From contig JBBTVD010000006.1 in the NCBI GenBank assembly GCA_038063415.1, positions 221,882 to 285,881 of the forward strand: DNA of 64,000 nt, written 5' to 3'. The notes under the pieces were generated by a model. It searched no databases. It had not been told where the DNA came from and saw only the letters and a list, made by a program, of their open reading frames with translations. Made by a program: the position numbers and the translations under genes. Below, piece by piece: positions 9,789 to 19,827 of the stretch (position 1 is its first letter; each line of letters opens with the position of its first letter). The stretch is from Patescibacteria group bacterium (GTDB lineage: Bacteria > Patescibacteriota > Microgenomatia > Levybacterales > UBA12049).

Positions 9789-10039
9789 TTAATGTAGTTT
9801 ACAGGCGGAAATTTCTTCTTTTGTAAAACCAAGAGTAATTATCTGCTTATAATATTTTCTGCAATAATGGGATCATAGTCAGATTTACCTTGTAAGAGTG
9901 TTATAAATGGTCTTTTTCCTTTTTCGACAGAGCGAGGAGATGAATACTTGAGATGCCTTGATCCTGTCTGTGGTTCTTCTTTGAAACCCAAACAAAGAAG
10001 ACAAGCAACAAGCTCTCTTGAGCCAAATGATTGGCTCAT
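9789..10039 (-). pseudogene. HicA-like toxin, apparently frameshifted near 9865
   Basis: RELVACLLCLGF...TGSRHLKY is the HicA GSH-type motif. The ORF stops at 9839, but the adjacent frame continues CRKYYKQIITLGFTKEEISACKLH* to 9789, a HicA-like C-terminus. Confidence 0.65.
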
Positions 10040-10368
10040 TGGCCTATACTTCTATGCAAATTTCCTGCGTAGAAAGTATTTACTTTAAATTGACTTAGAT
10101 TGTTTGTCTTCTCTTCCCTAGAAATAGTCACCAATTCTTGTATCGTTTGGTCACTCGGTATAAATCTTACTTGGTCATGATATTTTTTAGGAATATCAAA
10201 GAATGTGTAAATAAGATCATTTACATTAATAAATAACTCGTTTAAATCATTCGCTTCTGTAAAAATGTCGAGCTCTGGTAAATCGGCTATTAAAATTCCT
10301 GTAGTACTCTTCTTTACATCTACTTTAATATATTGGGGTAATTTTGGTAAATCATTCTTTGCTTCCAT
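10036..10368 (-). CDS. HicB-like antitoxin
   Basis: ILIADLPELDIFTEANDLNELFINVNDLI matches the HicB partial RNase H fold pattern; 4-nt ATGA overlap with the hicA-like gene. Confidence 0.7.
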   Translation of the reverse strand: MEAKNDLPKLPQYIKVDVKKSTTGILIADLPELDIFTEANDLNELFINVNDLIYTFFDIPKKYHDQVRFIPSDQTIQELVTISREEKTNNLSQFKVNTFYAGNLHRSIGQ

Positions 10369-10388
10369 ATTATATCCTTCCTATCGGC

Positions 10389-10434
10389 ATTATCTCTTTT
10401 TAGCCTCAATTTGTCAAGATAACATATTATGTCA
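10389..10434 (-). promoter_or_regulatory. hicBA promoter with adjacent operator-like palindrome
   Basis: TTGACA (10417-10412)-17 nt-GATAAT (10394-10389); imperfect palindrome TAACATA-T-TATGTCA at 10420-10434. Confidence 0.5.
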
Positions 10435-10504
10435 AAGAACAACATTTAAAGGTATACTAAAACCGTTAATCTTTCTTCCATCACGTTTTCCAATAAGAAC
10501 TCTT

Positions 10505-10552
10505 TTGTTTTGCCATTCTCCATGCAGCTTTGTAAGTCACTCCTAACAATCT
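10505..10552 (-). mobile_element. Remnant of an IS1595-family (ISXO2-like) transposase HTH
   Basis: Minus strand reads RLLGVTYKAAWRMAKQ between stops, matching the LGVTYKTAWRM signature of IS1595 transposases. Confidence 0.6.
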
Positions 10553-10686
10553 CTAATACTACCACTGGTTGCAGTCAACTATGATATCCTCTATATGTTA
10601 ATAAAGAATAAATCACCTCTTCCACCACCCCCATCGCATTAATATATCAATCTAGAATGAAGTTGTTCAATTTAAGGAAGTATCAA

Positions 10687-11559
10687 CTACTCTTCTCTTC
10701 GGAGCGCTTCAAACAGTTCTTTTTGTCTTTTCGACAATTTCCGAGGAACTTGTATCACAATTTTGACATAATGATCACCTTTGCCAGAACCTTGGACATG
10801 TTTTACCCCTCTGCCACTGAGTCGGATAAGTGTCCCAGGTTGTGTCCCGGCAGGAATCCGAATCTTTACTGACCCATCAATCGTTTCTACATTAATTTCC
10901 TCTCCCAACGCCGCTTGAGCATAGGAAACTTCTTTCTCCGAAACAATATCATACCCTTGTCTCTGGAAACGTGTATCCTGCGCAACCTCTACGACAACGT
11001 CATATGCATCAAATCGAATACGAGAACCACTATCAACACCCGCCGGAATCTTGATTTTTTGTGTTTTATTGTCAATGGTTACTTGCTTTTCAGTACCATG
11101 CACGGCTTCATCAAAACTAATCGTTATGCGATAAGCTGGACGACGTTGTCGACTGCCAAAAGGAGATCCCCCACCGCCAAAAAATTGTTCAAAAATATCA
11201 AAGGGATCAGAAAAACCTCCAAAGTCCCCAGCGCCACCATTACCAGAATAGGTATAGGTAAAGGGACCATATTGTCCTCCCTGTTGTCCACCAAACCCTC
11301 CAAAGGGACCGCCTGCTCCACCAGCACCTCCTTGCTCAAAGGCAGCATGGCCGAACTGATCATAGCTTTTTCTCTTCTCTTCATTGGAGAGCACTTCGTA
11401 GGCTTTGGTTACTTCTTTAAATTGTGCTTCCCCTTCTTTGGTTTTGTTATGATCGGGGTGGTACTTGAGGGCAAGTTTTCGATACGCTTTTTTGATCTCA
11501 TCATGTGAGGAGGTCTTTGTAACACCTAATATTTCATAATAATCTTTGTTCTCTGCCAT
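10687..11559 (-). CDS. dnaJ: DnaJ-family co-chaperone without zinc finger
   Basis: J domain DYYEILG...KYHPD, G/F-rich region, C-terminal IPAGTQPG..GKGDHYV; no CxxCxGxG repeats; downstream of dnaK. Confidence 0.92.
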   Translation of the reverse strand: MAENKDYYEILGVTKTSSHDEIKKAYRKLALKYHPDHNKTKEGEAQFKEVTKAYEVLSNEEKRKSYDQFGHAAFEQGGAGGAGGPFGGFGGQQGGQYGPFTYTYSGNGGAGDFGGFSDPFDIFEQFFGGGGSPFGSRQRRPAYRITISFDEAVHGTEKQVTIDNKTQKIKIPAGVDSGSRIRFDAYDVVVEVAQDTRFQRQGYDIVSEKEVSYAQAALGEEINVETIDGSVKIRIPAGTQPGTLIRLSGRGVKHVQGSGKGDHYVKIVIQVPRKLSKRQKELFEALRREE

Positions 11560-11608
11560 ATATACTAAAAAGGGCGCCATCGCGCCTCAAAATGCTATGA
11601 GTTATTTT

Positions 11609-11673
11609 GTCATTCTGGCTTGTCCAGAATCAGAAACCTCTGATCCTGGATGCGCTCCGCTTACCAGGATGAC
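11609..11673. repeat. GTCAT-terminated double-hairpin REP-like element (copy 1, intergenic)
   Basis: GTCATTCTGG-CTTGT-CCAGAATC...GATCCTGG-N14-CCAGGATGAC; homologous to copies at 26810, 29533, 41540 and 46704. Confidence 0.9.
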
Positions 11674-11681
11674 GCTACATT

Positions 11682-13613
11682 TTACTCTACAACTTCGCCT
11701 TCGATAGGTTTCTCTTTGTCTTTTTTGTCTTTCTCTGCTTCTTTGCCATCCTCTTTTTTATCGTCAGTTTTAGTCTCAGATTCTTCGGTTTGACCAGCTG
11801 GTTGATCAGAAGGAGGTGTCTGAGCATAGGCTGCTTGCCCTATTTTTTGCAAACTATCTGACAATTCCTGTGTCTTTGCCTGAATGTCTTCTTTACTTCC
11901 TGAATCAAGAATATCTTTAAGCCCCTTTGCTTTTTCTTCAACTTCTTTTTTGACATCTTCTGCAATCTTATTCTCTTTATCCTCACGGATAGTTTTTTCT
12001 GCGGTAAAGATCAATGCATCTGCTTGATTGCGTACTTCAATCTTTTCTTTTTTCTCTTCGTCTTCTTTGGCATGCATTTCTGCTTCTTTAGTCATCTTTT
12101 CAACTTCTTCTTTGGAGAGACCTGTTGATCCCGTAATCTTAATGCTTTGCTCCTTGCCACTTGCCTTATCCTTTGCCGTAACGTTCAGGATGCCACTGGC
12201 ATCGATATCAAAGATTACTTCTACTTGCGGAACACCTCGAGGAGCTGGAGGAATACCATCAAGAACGAATTTCCCAAGAGATTTATTATCAGCAGCCATT
12301 GGACGCTCTCCTTGAAGAATGTTAATTTCAACCTGTGTTTGATTGTCACCAGCGGTTGAAAATACTTGCGATTTGGAAGTCGGGATTGTGGTGTTACGGG
12401 TAATAAGTGGTGTTGAGACACTCCCTAGGGTTTCGATACCAAGAGTCAATGGCGTTACATCAAGGAGTAAGACATCTTTCACTTCTCCACCAAGCACACC
12501 TGCTTGTACTGCCGCACCTACAGCGACTACTTCATCAGGATTAACCCCACGGTTAGGTTCTTTACCAAAGAACTTAGTTACTGCTTCAACCACTTTTGGC
12601 ATGCGGGTCATGCCACCCACCATAATAACTTCATCAATGTTTGCACTCTGCAATTTTGCATCCTCAAGTGATTTCTTCACTGGCTCCAGTGTCTTTTGAA
12701 TCAGTTCATCAACAATTTGCTCGAGCTTTGCTCGAGTCAAGGTCATAGTCAAATGGAGTGGACCATCTTTGCCTTGCGTGATAAACGGTTGATTAATGGA
12801 CGCTTCTTGACTGCTAGAAAGTTCAATCTTTGCCTTTTCTGCTGATTCTTTGAGTCTTTGCAATGCCTGTGGATCTTTACGCAGATCAACCCCATGCTCT
12901 TTTTGGAACTCATCAGCAAGGTAATCAATAATCTTCTGATCAAAATCATCACCACCAAGATGCGTATCACCATTGGTTGCTTTTACTTCATAAACACCAT
13001 CTCCGAGTTCAAGAACAGAGATATCAAAGGTTCCTCCTCCTAAATCATAGACAGCAATCGTGTGCGCATTTTTCTTATCAAGACCGTAGGCGAGAGCTGC
13101 TGCTGTTGGTTCATTGATAATACGAAGTACTTCAAGACCAGCAATTTCTCCAGCTTGCTTGGTGGCTTGGCGCTCACTATCATCAAAGTATGCAGGAACG
13201 GTAATAACAGCCTGAGTAACTTTTTCTCCAAGATAGGATTCTGCATCTGTTTTGATCTTCTGCAAAATCATTGCGGAGATCTCTTGTGGAGTAAAGGTCT
13301 TGCCATCGACTTCAACAACAGCCATATCATCGCGTCCTGCCTTGACTGAATAGGCAAGGAACTTCAGGTCATATTGTACCGATTTGTCAGAAAACTTCCT
13401 CCCCATCAAACGCTTAACTGAAGCAATCGTTTGCTTAGGTTTAAGAGCCATCTGTCGCTTTGCGACGTCTCCAACAATATGTGCTATCGGATCAACCACA
13501 GATGGGATAACATTGCGGCCTTCGGCAGAGTGAATTACTTTGGGAGATCCTCCCTCCATTACAGCTACACATGAATTTGTTGTTCCTAAATCAATTCCTA
13601 TTATTTTAGCCAT
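11682..13613 (-). CDS. dnaK: Chaperone DnaK
   Basis: [37 protein letters not shown]. Confidence 0.99.
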   Translation of the reverse strand: MAKIIGIDLGTTNSCVAVMEGGSPKVIHSAEGRNVIPSVVDPIAHIVGDVAKRQMALKPKQTIASVKRLMGRKFSDKSVQYDLKFLAYSVKAGRDDMAVVEVDGKTFTPQEISAMILQKIKTDAESYLGEKVTQAVITVPAYFDDSERQATKQAGEIAGLEVLRIINEPTAAALAYGLDKKNAHTIAVYDLGGGTFDISVLELGDGVYEVKATNGDTHLGGDDFDQKIIDYLADEFQKEHGVDLRKDPQALQRLKESAEKAKIELSSSQEASINQPFITQGKDGPLHLTMTLTRAKLEQIVDELIQKTLEPVKKSLEDAKLQSANIDEVIMVGGMTRMPKVVEAVTKFFGKEPNRGVNPDEVVAVGAAVQAGVLGGEVKDVLLLDVTPLTLGIETLGSVSTPLITRNTTIPTSKSQVFSTAGDNQTQVEINILQGERPMAADNKSLGKFVLDGIPPAPRGVPQVEVIFDIDASGILNVTAKDKASGKEQSIKITGSTGLSKEEVEKMTKEAEMHAKEDEEKKEKIEVRNQADALIFTAEKTIREDKENKIAEDVKKEVEEKAKGLKDILDSGSKEDIQAKTQELSDSLQKIGQAAYAQTPPSDQPAGQTEESETKTDDKKEDGKEAEKDKKDKEKPIEGEVVE

Positions 13614-13614
13614 A

Positions 13615-14166
13615 TTAGTTTCCTTTCTTTCCGACTATTACTTGTGCTGCCCGGAGCACTTTATCATGCAACTGATAGCCTGCCCGAACTTCTTCTAGTA
13701 CTTTATTCTCTTCTCCTTCGGCAACTGTCAAACATTCCATCAGGTGTGGGTTAAACTCCTGACCAATTGTCTCAATTTTGGTGACTCCTTCAGATTTGAG
13801 TACATCCAAAAATTGATTAATCATTACTGTAACTTCCTGACCCTGCCTGCCGGCAGGCAGGTCTTGAATATGATTACTTGCTAGCATTAGTGTATCTAAA
13901 ACTGGCAATAATCGCAAGAGTATATCTTTATTTCCTGACCGTATCCATTCACTTCGTTCATCCTGTACGCGGCGCTGCAAATTTTGATAATCCGCAAGAG
14001 CCCTTTTATATTTTTGTTCACTCTCTTCAAGTTTTGTATCTAACTCAATTATGAGCTTTTCTTCTTTAGATACTGACTTCTTTTCTGTTTGTTTTTGAGC
14101 TTCAACAACATCCTCTAAATCTGCCATCTCTTCCTCTTTTTTTACATTCTTATCGTCATTTTTCAT
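13615..14166 (-). CDS. grpE: Nucleotide exchange factor GrpE (alternative TTG start at 14229, overlapping hrcA)
   Basis: [39 protein letters not shown]; carries an LPAGRQG insertion. Confidence 0.95.
   Translation of the reverse strand: MKNDDKNVKKEEEMADLEDVVEAQKQTEKKSVSKEEKLIIELDTKLEESEQKYKRALADYQNLQRRVQDERSEWIRSGNKDILLRLLPVLDTLMLASNHIQDLPAGRQGQEVTVMINQFLDVLKSEGVTKIETIGQEFNPHLMECLTVAEGEENKVLEEVRAGYQLHDKVLRAAQVIVGKKGN
13842..13861. repeat. Perfect 20-bp GC-rich palindrome inside grpE
   Basis: CCTGCCTGCCGGCAGGCAGG is its own reverse complement and encodes LPAGRQ in frame. Confidence 0.9.
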
Positions 14167-14222
14167 CTTCTTTATTGTAATTTCTTCGTAATAAATTTTC
14201 AACCCCGATCTGACCAAATCTT

Positions 14223-14954
14223 TTACCAACCCTTCGCGCTTTCTTCAATAAGATCGCCAAAGTATCTCACCGTCGGAATAACAGTCATGTAATTAAGACG
14301 AGCTGGACCAATAACCCCGATTCGTCCGTGAACAGCCATAGGCGTGACATAATCAGTAAAGATAAAGCCGTATGGACCCCGTAGCTTTGCTCCAAGTTCA
14401 TCTTCAATTAAGATATGGATATCTTCATCTGGTTGTACGTTGGAGAAAATATTTTGAAAACAATCGTATTCATCAAGTGCGGAAAGGAGCGTTTTGGTCA
14501 CATCAATATCAAGAAACTCTGGCATCTCAAGGATATTGGCATATCCTGAAGCATAGAGATCTCCTTCATTGGTAGTCGCAATAGCAAGCGTATGCGTTTT
14601 CCCAGCAAGAGACCTCGTAACCTCCTTAAGGAATCGCTGCATTGTCTCACGATAATCCCACACTTTTTCTTTGAGAGCCACTTCTTCAACCGTTGAAAGT
14701 TCTTTTTCTTTCATCAGTTCACGCACATAGAATTTGAGGCCTTTTGCAGTCGGGATACGACCAGCAGAAGAATGTGGTTTTTTGAGATACCCATAGTCAG
14801 AAAGCTTTACCATTTCGTTACGAATGGTTGCCGGAGAAGCACTGAGATTATGTTTTTTTTCAATGGTTTCAGAGCCCACAGGTTCAGCAGAATTAATGTA
14901 TTCTTCAATGACACTTCGAAGAATATCTATTTGTCGCTGGGTCAAGTTATGCAT
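14223..14954 (-). CDS. hrcA: Heat-inducible repressor HrcA (short form)
   Basis: RQIDILRSVIEEYI..AEPVGS, SPATIRNEM, PHSSAGRIPT, IGVIGPARLNY; first gene of the dnaK operon. Confidence 0.93.
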   Translation of the reverse strand: MHNLTQRQIDILRSVIEEYINSAEPVGSETIEKKHNLSASPATIRNEMVKLSDYGYLKKPHSSAGRIPTAKGLKFYVRELMKEKELSTVEEVALKEKVWDYRETMQRFLKEVTRSLAGKTHTLAIATTNEGDLYASGYANILEMPEFLDIDVTKTLLSALDEYDCFQNIFSNVQPDEDIHILIEDELGAKLRGPYGFIFTDYVTPMAVHGRIGVIGPARLNYMTVIPTVRYFGDLIEESAKGW

Positions 14955-14955
14955 A

Positions 14956-14992
14956 TTAGCACTAATATAACATGACTGCCAAGCCATGTCAA
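14956..14992 (-). promoter_or_regulatory. CIRCE operator overlapping the hrcA promoter
   Basis: TTAGCACTA-N9-GACTGCCAA (14956-14982) against consensus TTAGCACTC-N9-GAGTGCTAA. Minus-strand promoter TTGACA (14992-14987)-17 nt-TATATT (14969-14964). Confidence 0.85.
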
Positions 14993-15034
14993 GAGAACCT
15001 TGCAAAAATAATCGTAAAAAGCTATTCTACGATT

Positions 15035-15523
15035 ATGAGTTTTGGATCAAGTTCTGGTTTTTCACGCTTCGGAGGGATAGCCCAACATCATGATGAAAAA
15101 CGGTATGTTCTCAAAAAAATGGAGGCTGAAGGCAAAATTAAATTTTATGATGATGAAAAAAAAGAAACTGGAAAAGTAGAGATTATCGCAGAGAAGGGCA
15201 AAGTTGTATTTTATAAAGATTACCTGCCTTCCCCGGCTGGAGTCGGTTTTCTTGAACGGATTAAAAAGATTGATATTTTTTCAAGCGATGATGAGCTTCG
15301 AGATACCCTTTTTGTTATCACTGATGATAAGACAATGATGCATCCTATTTATCAATTTTCTCAAGGGAATATGGTACTTGGGAGAGGCAAAGGAGATATC
15401 GTTATGGCAATTGCCTATCATTTGCTTGGCGATGTTATTGATTCTCGTTTTATTCTTGGCTCAGCGGTTGATGAAGAAGTACTGACGACTATTAAGAAAT
15501 TGATTGAAGGGAAGACTATATAA
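15035..15523 (+). CDS. Hypothetical protein
   Basis: 162-aa frame with plausible composition, preceded by TTGCAA-17 nt-TATTCT-6 nt-ATG; no family recognised. Confidence 0.7.
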   Translation: MSFGSSSGFSRFGGIAQHHDEKRYVLKKMEAEGKIKFYDDEKKETGKVEIIAEKGKVVFYKDYLPSPAGVGFLERIKKIDIFSSDDELRDTLFVITDDKTMMHPIYQFSQGNMVLGRGKGDIVMAIAYHLLGDVIDSRFILGSAVDEEVLTTIKKLIEGKTI

Positions 15524-15580
15524 AAACTAAAACGGGCTACTGTCTAGATCTTTATCGATATTACTACTGCTACTGCTTTG

Positions 15581-15640
15581 TTCCTTATGCTTGAAGCTAT
15601 TGGTGTTGTTATCCTCAAAATATCTGGCTGGACTTATTAA
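15581..15640 (+). pseudogene. Orphan 3' end of a paralog of the downstream pilin-fusion gene
   Basis: FLMLEAIGVVILKISGWTY* versus FLMLEVIGIDILKIPGWTL* at 17103-17162; 48/60 nt identical by hand count. Confidence 0.8.
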
Positions 15641-15680
15641 TAGAGTTGAGTATTTAGACTCAATATGACAAAATAAAAAG

Positions 15681-17162
15681 GTGCTAGATAGAAAGACTAA
15701 AAATAAAAAGAAGTGTTTTTTATACTTTTTCCTCTACGCTTTTCTGTTCCTTTTTTTTATTCCTTTTACTATCCCTGTTTATGCGGCAGGAGAAACTTAT
15801 ACATGGGTAAATGGTTCCATTCAACTTAGTGGCGGTGATGTTACAACTCAAAAAACTCTCACTGGTTCAGAAATTGCATCAGGAGGACAAACACAATATG
15901 GACCTGAATTTATGAGGATTAGTCCTGCAGGAGGAGAATGCGATATTAACATTGCTGTACGAGTGCCAACGGGAAATACTGCAACTGGGGTACTGACGGC
16001 CACATCGGGAATAAGTCAACCCAATAATATGGGCTGCAATCAAGATATTGTTAACACCTATAACGGAAAATCAGTCACAATTGGTGGCAATCAAGCAGAA
16101 GGACGAGAAGAAACCGCGGCAGAGAGAATTGTTACCCTGCTCCTCATCTCCCCTGAGACCGATACTGCACCAGCATCCATAACTATTACCGTTAATAATG
16201 TTGTTGACGGGGTTCCTCGTTCTGGATCATTTACCGCAAATAAGGAGATTAAAGAAACTCGCAGTGGTAATGGAATCGATAGTGCCTATTATACTTTTCA
16301 ATATACTATTAGTCCTGGAGAAATGCAGATATGTGCAGATGCCATTATAGAATGTGAAACAGCTACAAAACTTAAATATACTCCCTTATTTATCTCTTTT
16401 GGTCAAACAAAAGAGCAGAGAATGATCAATGTAACAGTTGAAGCAATTATTACTCATTTTATTTCACAGTCTTGCCAATCAAATGGCTTAACAGTTGAAC
16501 TTAAGCAAAACAATGAGGTCAAACAAACCGTCCAAACTGACCCTATAGAAATCACAGCAGATACAGAAAATACAGAATTTGGTGGAGAGGGTGCATTGTC
16601 GGAGACAACCAAATCTCTCAAAGTTACCTTTGAAAATGTCGATCCTGGAACATATCAAGTTTGTATTGCTGGCACAACTGATTGTCAGGGGGTGATACTT
16701 GTAGAGGGGCAATTACCAGCAAATGGACATACGGCAACAGTGCAGACACGAATTGAAAATGGAGCAGATATTTGTGAAGCACCGGGAGGAAGTGTTTTTG
16801 AAAAAAAAGAGAACATAATCCCACCCCCACCACCCTGTGCAGACCTCCGAGATGGTAAATGCTGGGCAGTTGCTACATCTTTCTTCGGTCTTGATGTTGA
16901 GGGTCTCTTTTACACTGACCCCGAAGAACTTATTGTTCAAGTTTTTAGTATTCTCTTGAGTATCTCTGGAGGTCTTTGTCTGCTTATTCTTATTATTGGT
17001 TTCTACCGCGTCATTATCTCTCGTGGCAAACCGGAAGCCCTTAAGGCTGCTCAAGAACAAATCCAAGCTGCTATTGTCGGAGCCCTCTTCCTTACGGCAT
17101 CTTTTCTTATGCTTGAGGTTATTGGTATTGATATTCTCAAAATCCCCGGCTGGACTTTGTAG
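15681..17162 (+). CDS. Large Cys-containing extracellular protein with a C-terminal CPR TrbC/VirB2-like pilin module
   Basis: Signal peptide ending PVYA; beta-rich body with spaced Cys; poly-Pro; C-terminal TM-(ISRGKPEALKAAQEQIQAAIVG)-TM pattern typical of CPR pilin-like proteins. Confidence 0.75.
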   Translation: MLDRKTKNKKKCFLYFFLYAFLFLFFIPFTIPVYAAGETYTWVNGSIQLSGGDVTTQKTLTGSEIASGGQTQYGPEFMRISPAGGECDINIAVRVPTGNTATGVLTATSGISQPNNMGCNQDIVNTYNGKSVTIGGNQAEGREETAAERIVTLLLISPETDTAPASITITVNNVVDGVPRSGSFTANKEIKETRSGNGIDSAYYTFQYTISPGEMQICADAIIECETATKLKYTPLFISFGQTKEQRMINVTVEAIITHFISQSCQSNGLTVELKQNNEVKQTVQTDPIEITADTENTEFGGEGALSETTKSLKVTFENVDPGTYQVCIAGTTDCQGVILVEGQLPANGHTATVQTRIENGADICEAPGGSVFEKKENIIPPPPPCADLRDGKCWAVATSFFGLDVEGLFYTDPEELIVQVFSILLSISGGLCLLILIIGFYRVIISRGKPEALKAAQEQIQAAIVGALFLTASFLMLEVIGIDILKIPGWTL

Positions 17163-17190
17163 TAATTTACGATTATCCTAATAAAATAGC

Positions 17191-17517
17191 ATGCAACACA
17201 AAAAATATCTTTTTTTGGGAGCTTGTTCCCTTATTGGATTAACAATAATAACTTTCTTTTTTTCACCAGGAAACGCATTTACGATTGCTTCCCTTTCTGT
17301 CCCGCTTATTTTCTTTTTCTTTCTCTGTATGTTTAATCTCCTTTTTTCTTTCTTAACGATGCTCTTTAAACGAAAAATCTATGGATTTCTTATCGCTGCA
17401 AGTGTCTTGATCGCACTAACGTTCTTGATGAATGGGCTCACGCATCCAATATTTTTTATCCTGCTCTTTGGCGTACTATGCCTCCTTCTTTTCTTTGTCA
17501 GTTACCAAAAAGAGTAG
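17191..17517 (+). CDS. Small four-TM membrane protein
   Basis: Four hydrophobic segments in 108 aa. Confidence 0.75.
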   Translation: MQHKKYLFLGACSLIGLTIITFFFSPGNAFTIASLSVPLIFFFFLCMFNLLFSFLTMLFKRKIYGFLIAASVLIALTFLMNGLTHPIFFILLFGVLCLLLFFVSYQKE

Positions 17518-17559
17518 GTTTGCCTTGTGCCTAAAGCGCTTGTCTGGTACAATTTGAGC

Positions 17560-18996
17560 ATGGCAAAATTTTATATCACTAATGCTATCCCTTATGTCAA
17601 TGCTAAGCCACATATTGGCCACGCCCTTGAATTTATCCAATCAGATACCGTAGCACGATATCATAAACTTATTGGCGATGACGTAAAGCTTCTCTGTGGT
17701 GGGGATGAAAACGCAATCAAAAATGTGCAAGCTGCAGAAAAAGCAGGTGAACCTGTTCAAGCATTTGTCGATCAAAATACGCAGCTCTTTGCTGATTTAG
17801 CACAAGCCTTAACTATCCATTTTGATGTCTGGCAAAAAGGCAGTAGCACCGACCATTTTACTGCTTCTCAAAAACTATGGGGGCTATGTGCTGACAATGG
17901 AGATATCTATAAAAAGTCCTATACTGGACTCTATTGTGTTGGCTGCGAGCTTTTTTATGAACGGGATGAGTTAAATGAAAACGGTGAATGTTTCGAGCAT
18001 CCTGGCAAAAAACTCGAAGAAGTATCTGAAGAAAACTACTTTTTTAAACTCTCAAAGTACCAACAACAAATTGAAGAGTTAATTAGCTCAGAGCAAATCG
18101 CTATTATCCCTGCATTCCGCAAAAACGAAATGTTGGCATTTCTTAAGCAAGGTCTCAAGGATATCAGTATTTCTCGCTCAAACGAACGAGCAAAAAACTG
18201 GGGGGTGCCAGTGCCAGGAGACAATACCCAACGGATGTATGTTTGGTTTGATGCGCTTAATATTTATCAAAGTGGCATTGGATTCGCGTCAAATGAAGAA
18301 ACGTATAAAAAATGGTGGCCAGCTGATGTCCATATGATCGGCAAAGGTATCTTGCGTTTTCATGCGATCTATTGGCCCGCTTTTTTACTTTCAGCGAAAC
18401 TTGCATTACCCAAAAAAGTCTTTGCTCACGGTTATTTAACCGTCAATGGGCAAAAAATGAGCAAAACTTTGGGCAATGTTGTCGATCCCGTGGACATGCT
18501 TAATAAATACGGCTCAGACGCTATCCGATACTATTTATTAAAAGAAATCTCCCCAACAGGTGATGGAGATTTCTCAGAGGAAAAGCTGAAAGCGGTTTAT
18601 AATGCGGATCTGGCAAATGGTTTAGGAAATGCTGTCTCCAGAATTGCCAAGCTAGCAGAAAAATCTGAGATCGATTTTACAGACACAAAGGCAGCTAAAG
18701 AACCTTATACACAGGAACTAAAAGATGCTTTTGAAGAATTTAGGTTTAACGATGTTTTACAAAACCTTTGGAATGTCCGTCTAAGAGCTATTGATCAGCA
18801 CATTAATCAAGAAAGTCCATGGGTCATAAGGGATAAAGAAAAACTCACAAGAATATTACAAGAAGAAATTGATATGTTAAGAGAGTTCGCTCGACAAATT
18901 GAACCATTTATGCCAGAAACGACAAAAAAAATCCTTGAGCAATTTAAGGGATCAAAAATTACTAGCCAAAAACCACTTTTCCCAAGAATGATATAA
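17560..18996 (+). CDS. metG: Methionine--tRNA ligase (short form)
   Basis: FYITNAIPYVN..PHIGH, YVWFDAL, GKGILRFH, KMSKT. Confidence 0.97.
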   Translation: MAKFYITNAIPYVNAKPHIGHALEFIQSDTVARYHKLIGDDVKLLCGGDENAIKNVQAAEKAGEPVQAFVDQNTQLFADLAQALTIHFDVWQKGSSTDHFTASQKLWGLCADNGDIYKKSYTGLYCVGCELFYERDELNENGECFEHPGKKLEEVSEENYFFKLSKYQQQIEELISSEQIAIIPAFRKNEMLAFLKQGLKDISISRSNERAKNWGVPVPGDNTQRMYVWFDALNIYQSGIGFASNEETYKKWWPADVHMIGKGILRFHAIYWPAFLLSAKLALPKKVFAHGYLTVNGQKMSKTLGNVVDPVDMLNKYGSDAIRYYLLKEISPTGDGDFSEEKLKAVYNADLANGLGNAVSRIAKLAEKSEIDFTDTKAAKEPYTQELKDAFEEFRFNDVLQNLWNVRLRAIDQHINQESPWVIRDKEKLTRILQEEIDMLREFARQIEPFMPETTKKILEQFKGSKITSQKPLFPRMI

Positions 18997-19012
18997 GTAA
19001 AGATTTCTCACT

Positions 19013-19819
19013 ATGATTGATACGCATTGCCACTTACAATTTCAAGCCTTTGAACAGGACTATGATGCTGTTATCAAACGAGCACGAGAGGCTGGGGTTA
19101 CTACTATCATTAATGCAGGCACACAAGTAAGTTCAAGTAAAAATGGCGTAGTCTTTGCCGAAAAATATCCTGAACTGTATGCTGTGGTAGCTGTTCATCC
19201 CCATCATGCAGACAAAATTGAACCTCATTGGATTACTGAACTGGAGAAACTAACCAAGCATCCAAAAGTGGTCGGGATTGGTGAATGCGGCCTTGACTAC
19301 TTCAGTTATGCGTCAAATGGTATTGTCGATCCCAAAAAGCAAAAAGAGGTCTTTGAAGCTCAAATTGTTCTTGCTCATAAGGCAAAACTTCCCTTACAAA
19401 TTCATAATAGGCATGCTGGCAAAGACGTTCTTGAAATGCTCCGACACCATAAAAACCTATTACAATTGACACCTGGGATGTTCCATTGTTTTGCGGGAGA
19501 CATGGATGTTCTTAAAGGGGCACTCGATCTCGGCTTTGCAATCGGCATTGATGGAAATAGCACCTATAAAGGACTTGCTCCAGGAGAGACAGTCGAGTTA
19601 CGAGACATTATCAAAGCTACACCTCTTGATCGTATTGTTATTGAGACCGATAGTCCCTATCTCACACCTATCCCGCACCGAGGCGAACGGAATGAGCCTG
19701 CATATGCTATAATTACAGCACAATTTATTGCGGACGTGAAACAGACCTCTCTTGAAAAGCTCATAGAACAAACTGACAAAAATGTATATACTATATTTAC
19801 GAAACTTAAAATCTTTTAG
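19013..19819 (+). CDS. tatD: TatD family DNase
   Basis: IDTHCH, HPH, IGECGLDY, FHCF, ETDSPYL; follows metG. Confidence 0.93.
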   Translation: MIDTHCHLQFQAFEQDYDAVIKRAREAGVTTIINAGTQVSSSKNGVVFAEKYPELYAVVAVHPHHADKIEPHWITELEKLTKHPKVVGIGECGLDYFSYASNGIVDPKKQKEVFEAQIVLAHKAKLPLQIHNRHAGKDVLEMLRHHKNLLQLTPGMFHCFAGDMDVLKGALDLGFAIGIDGNSTYKGLAPGETVELRDIIKATPLDRIVIETDSPYLTPIPHRGERNEPAYAIITAQFIADVKQTSLEKLIEQTDKNVYTIFTKLKIF

Positions 19820-19827
19820 ATTTACTC

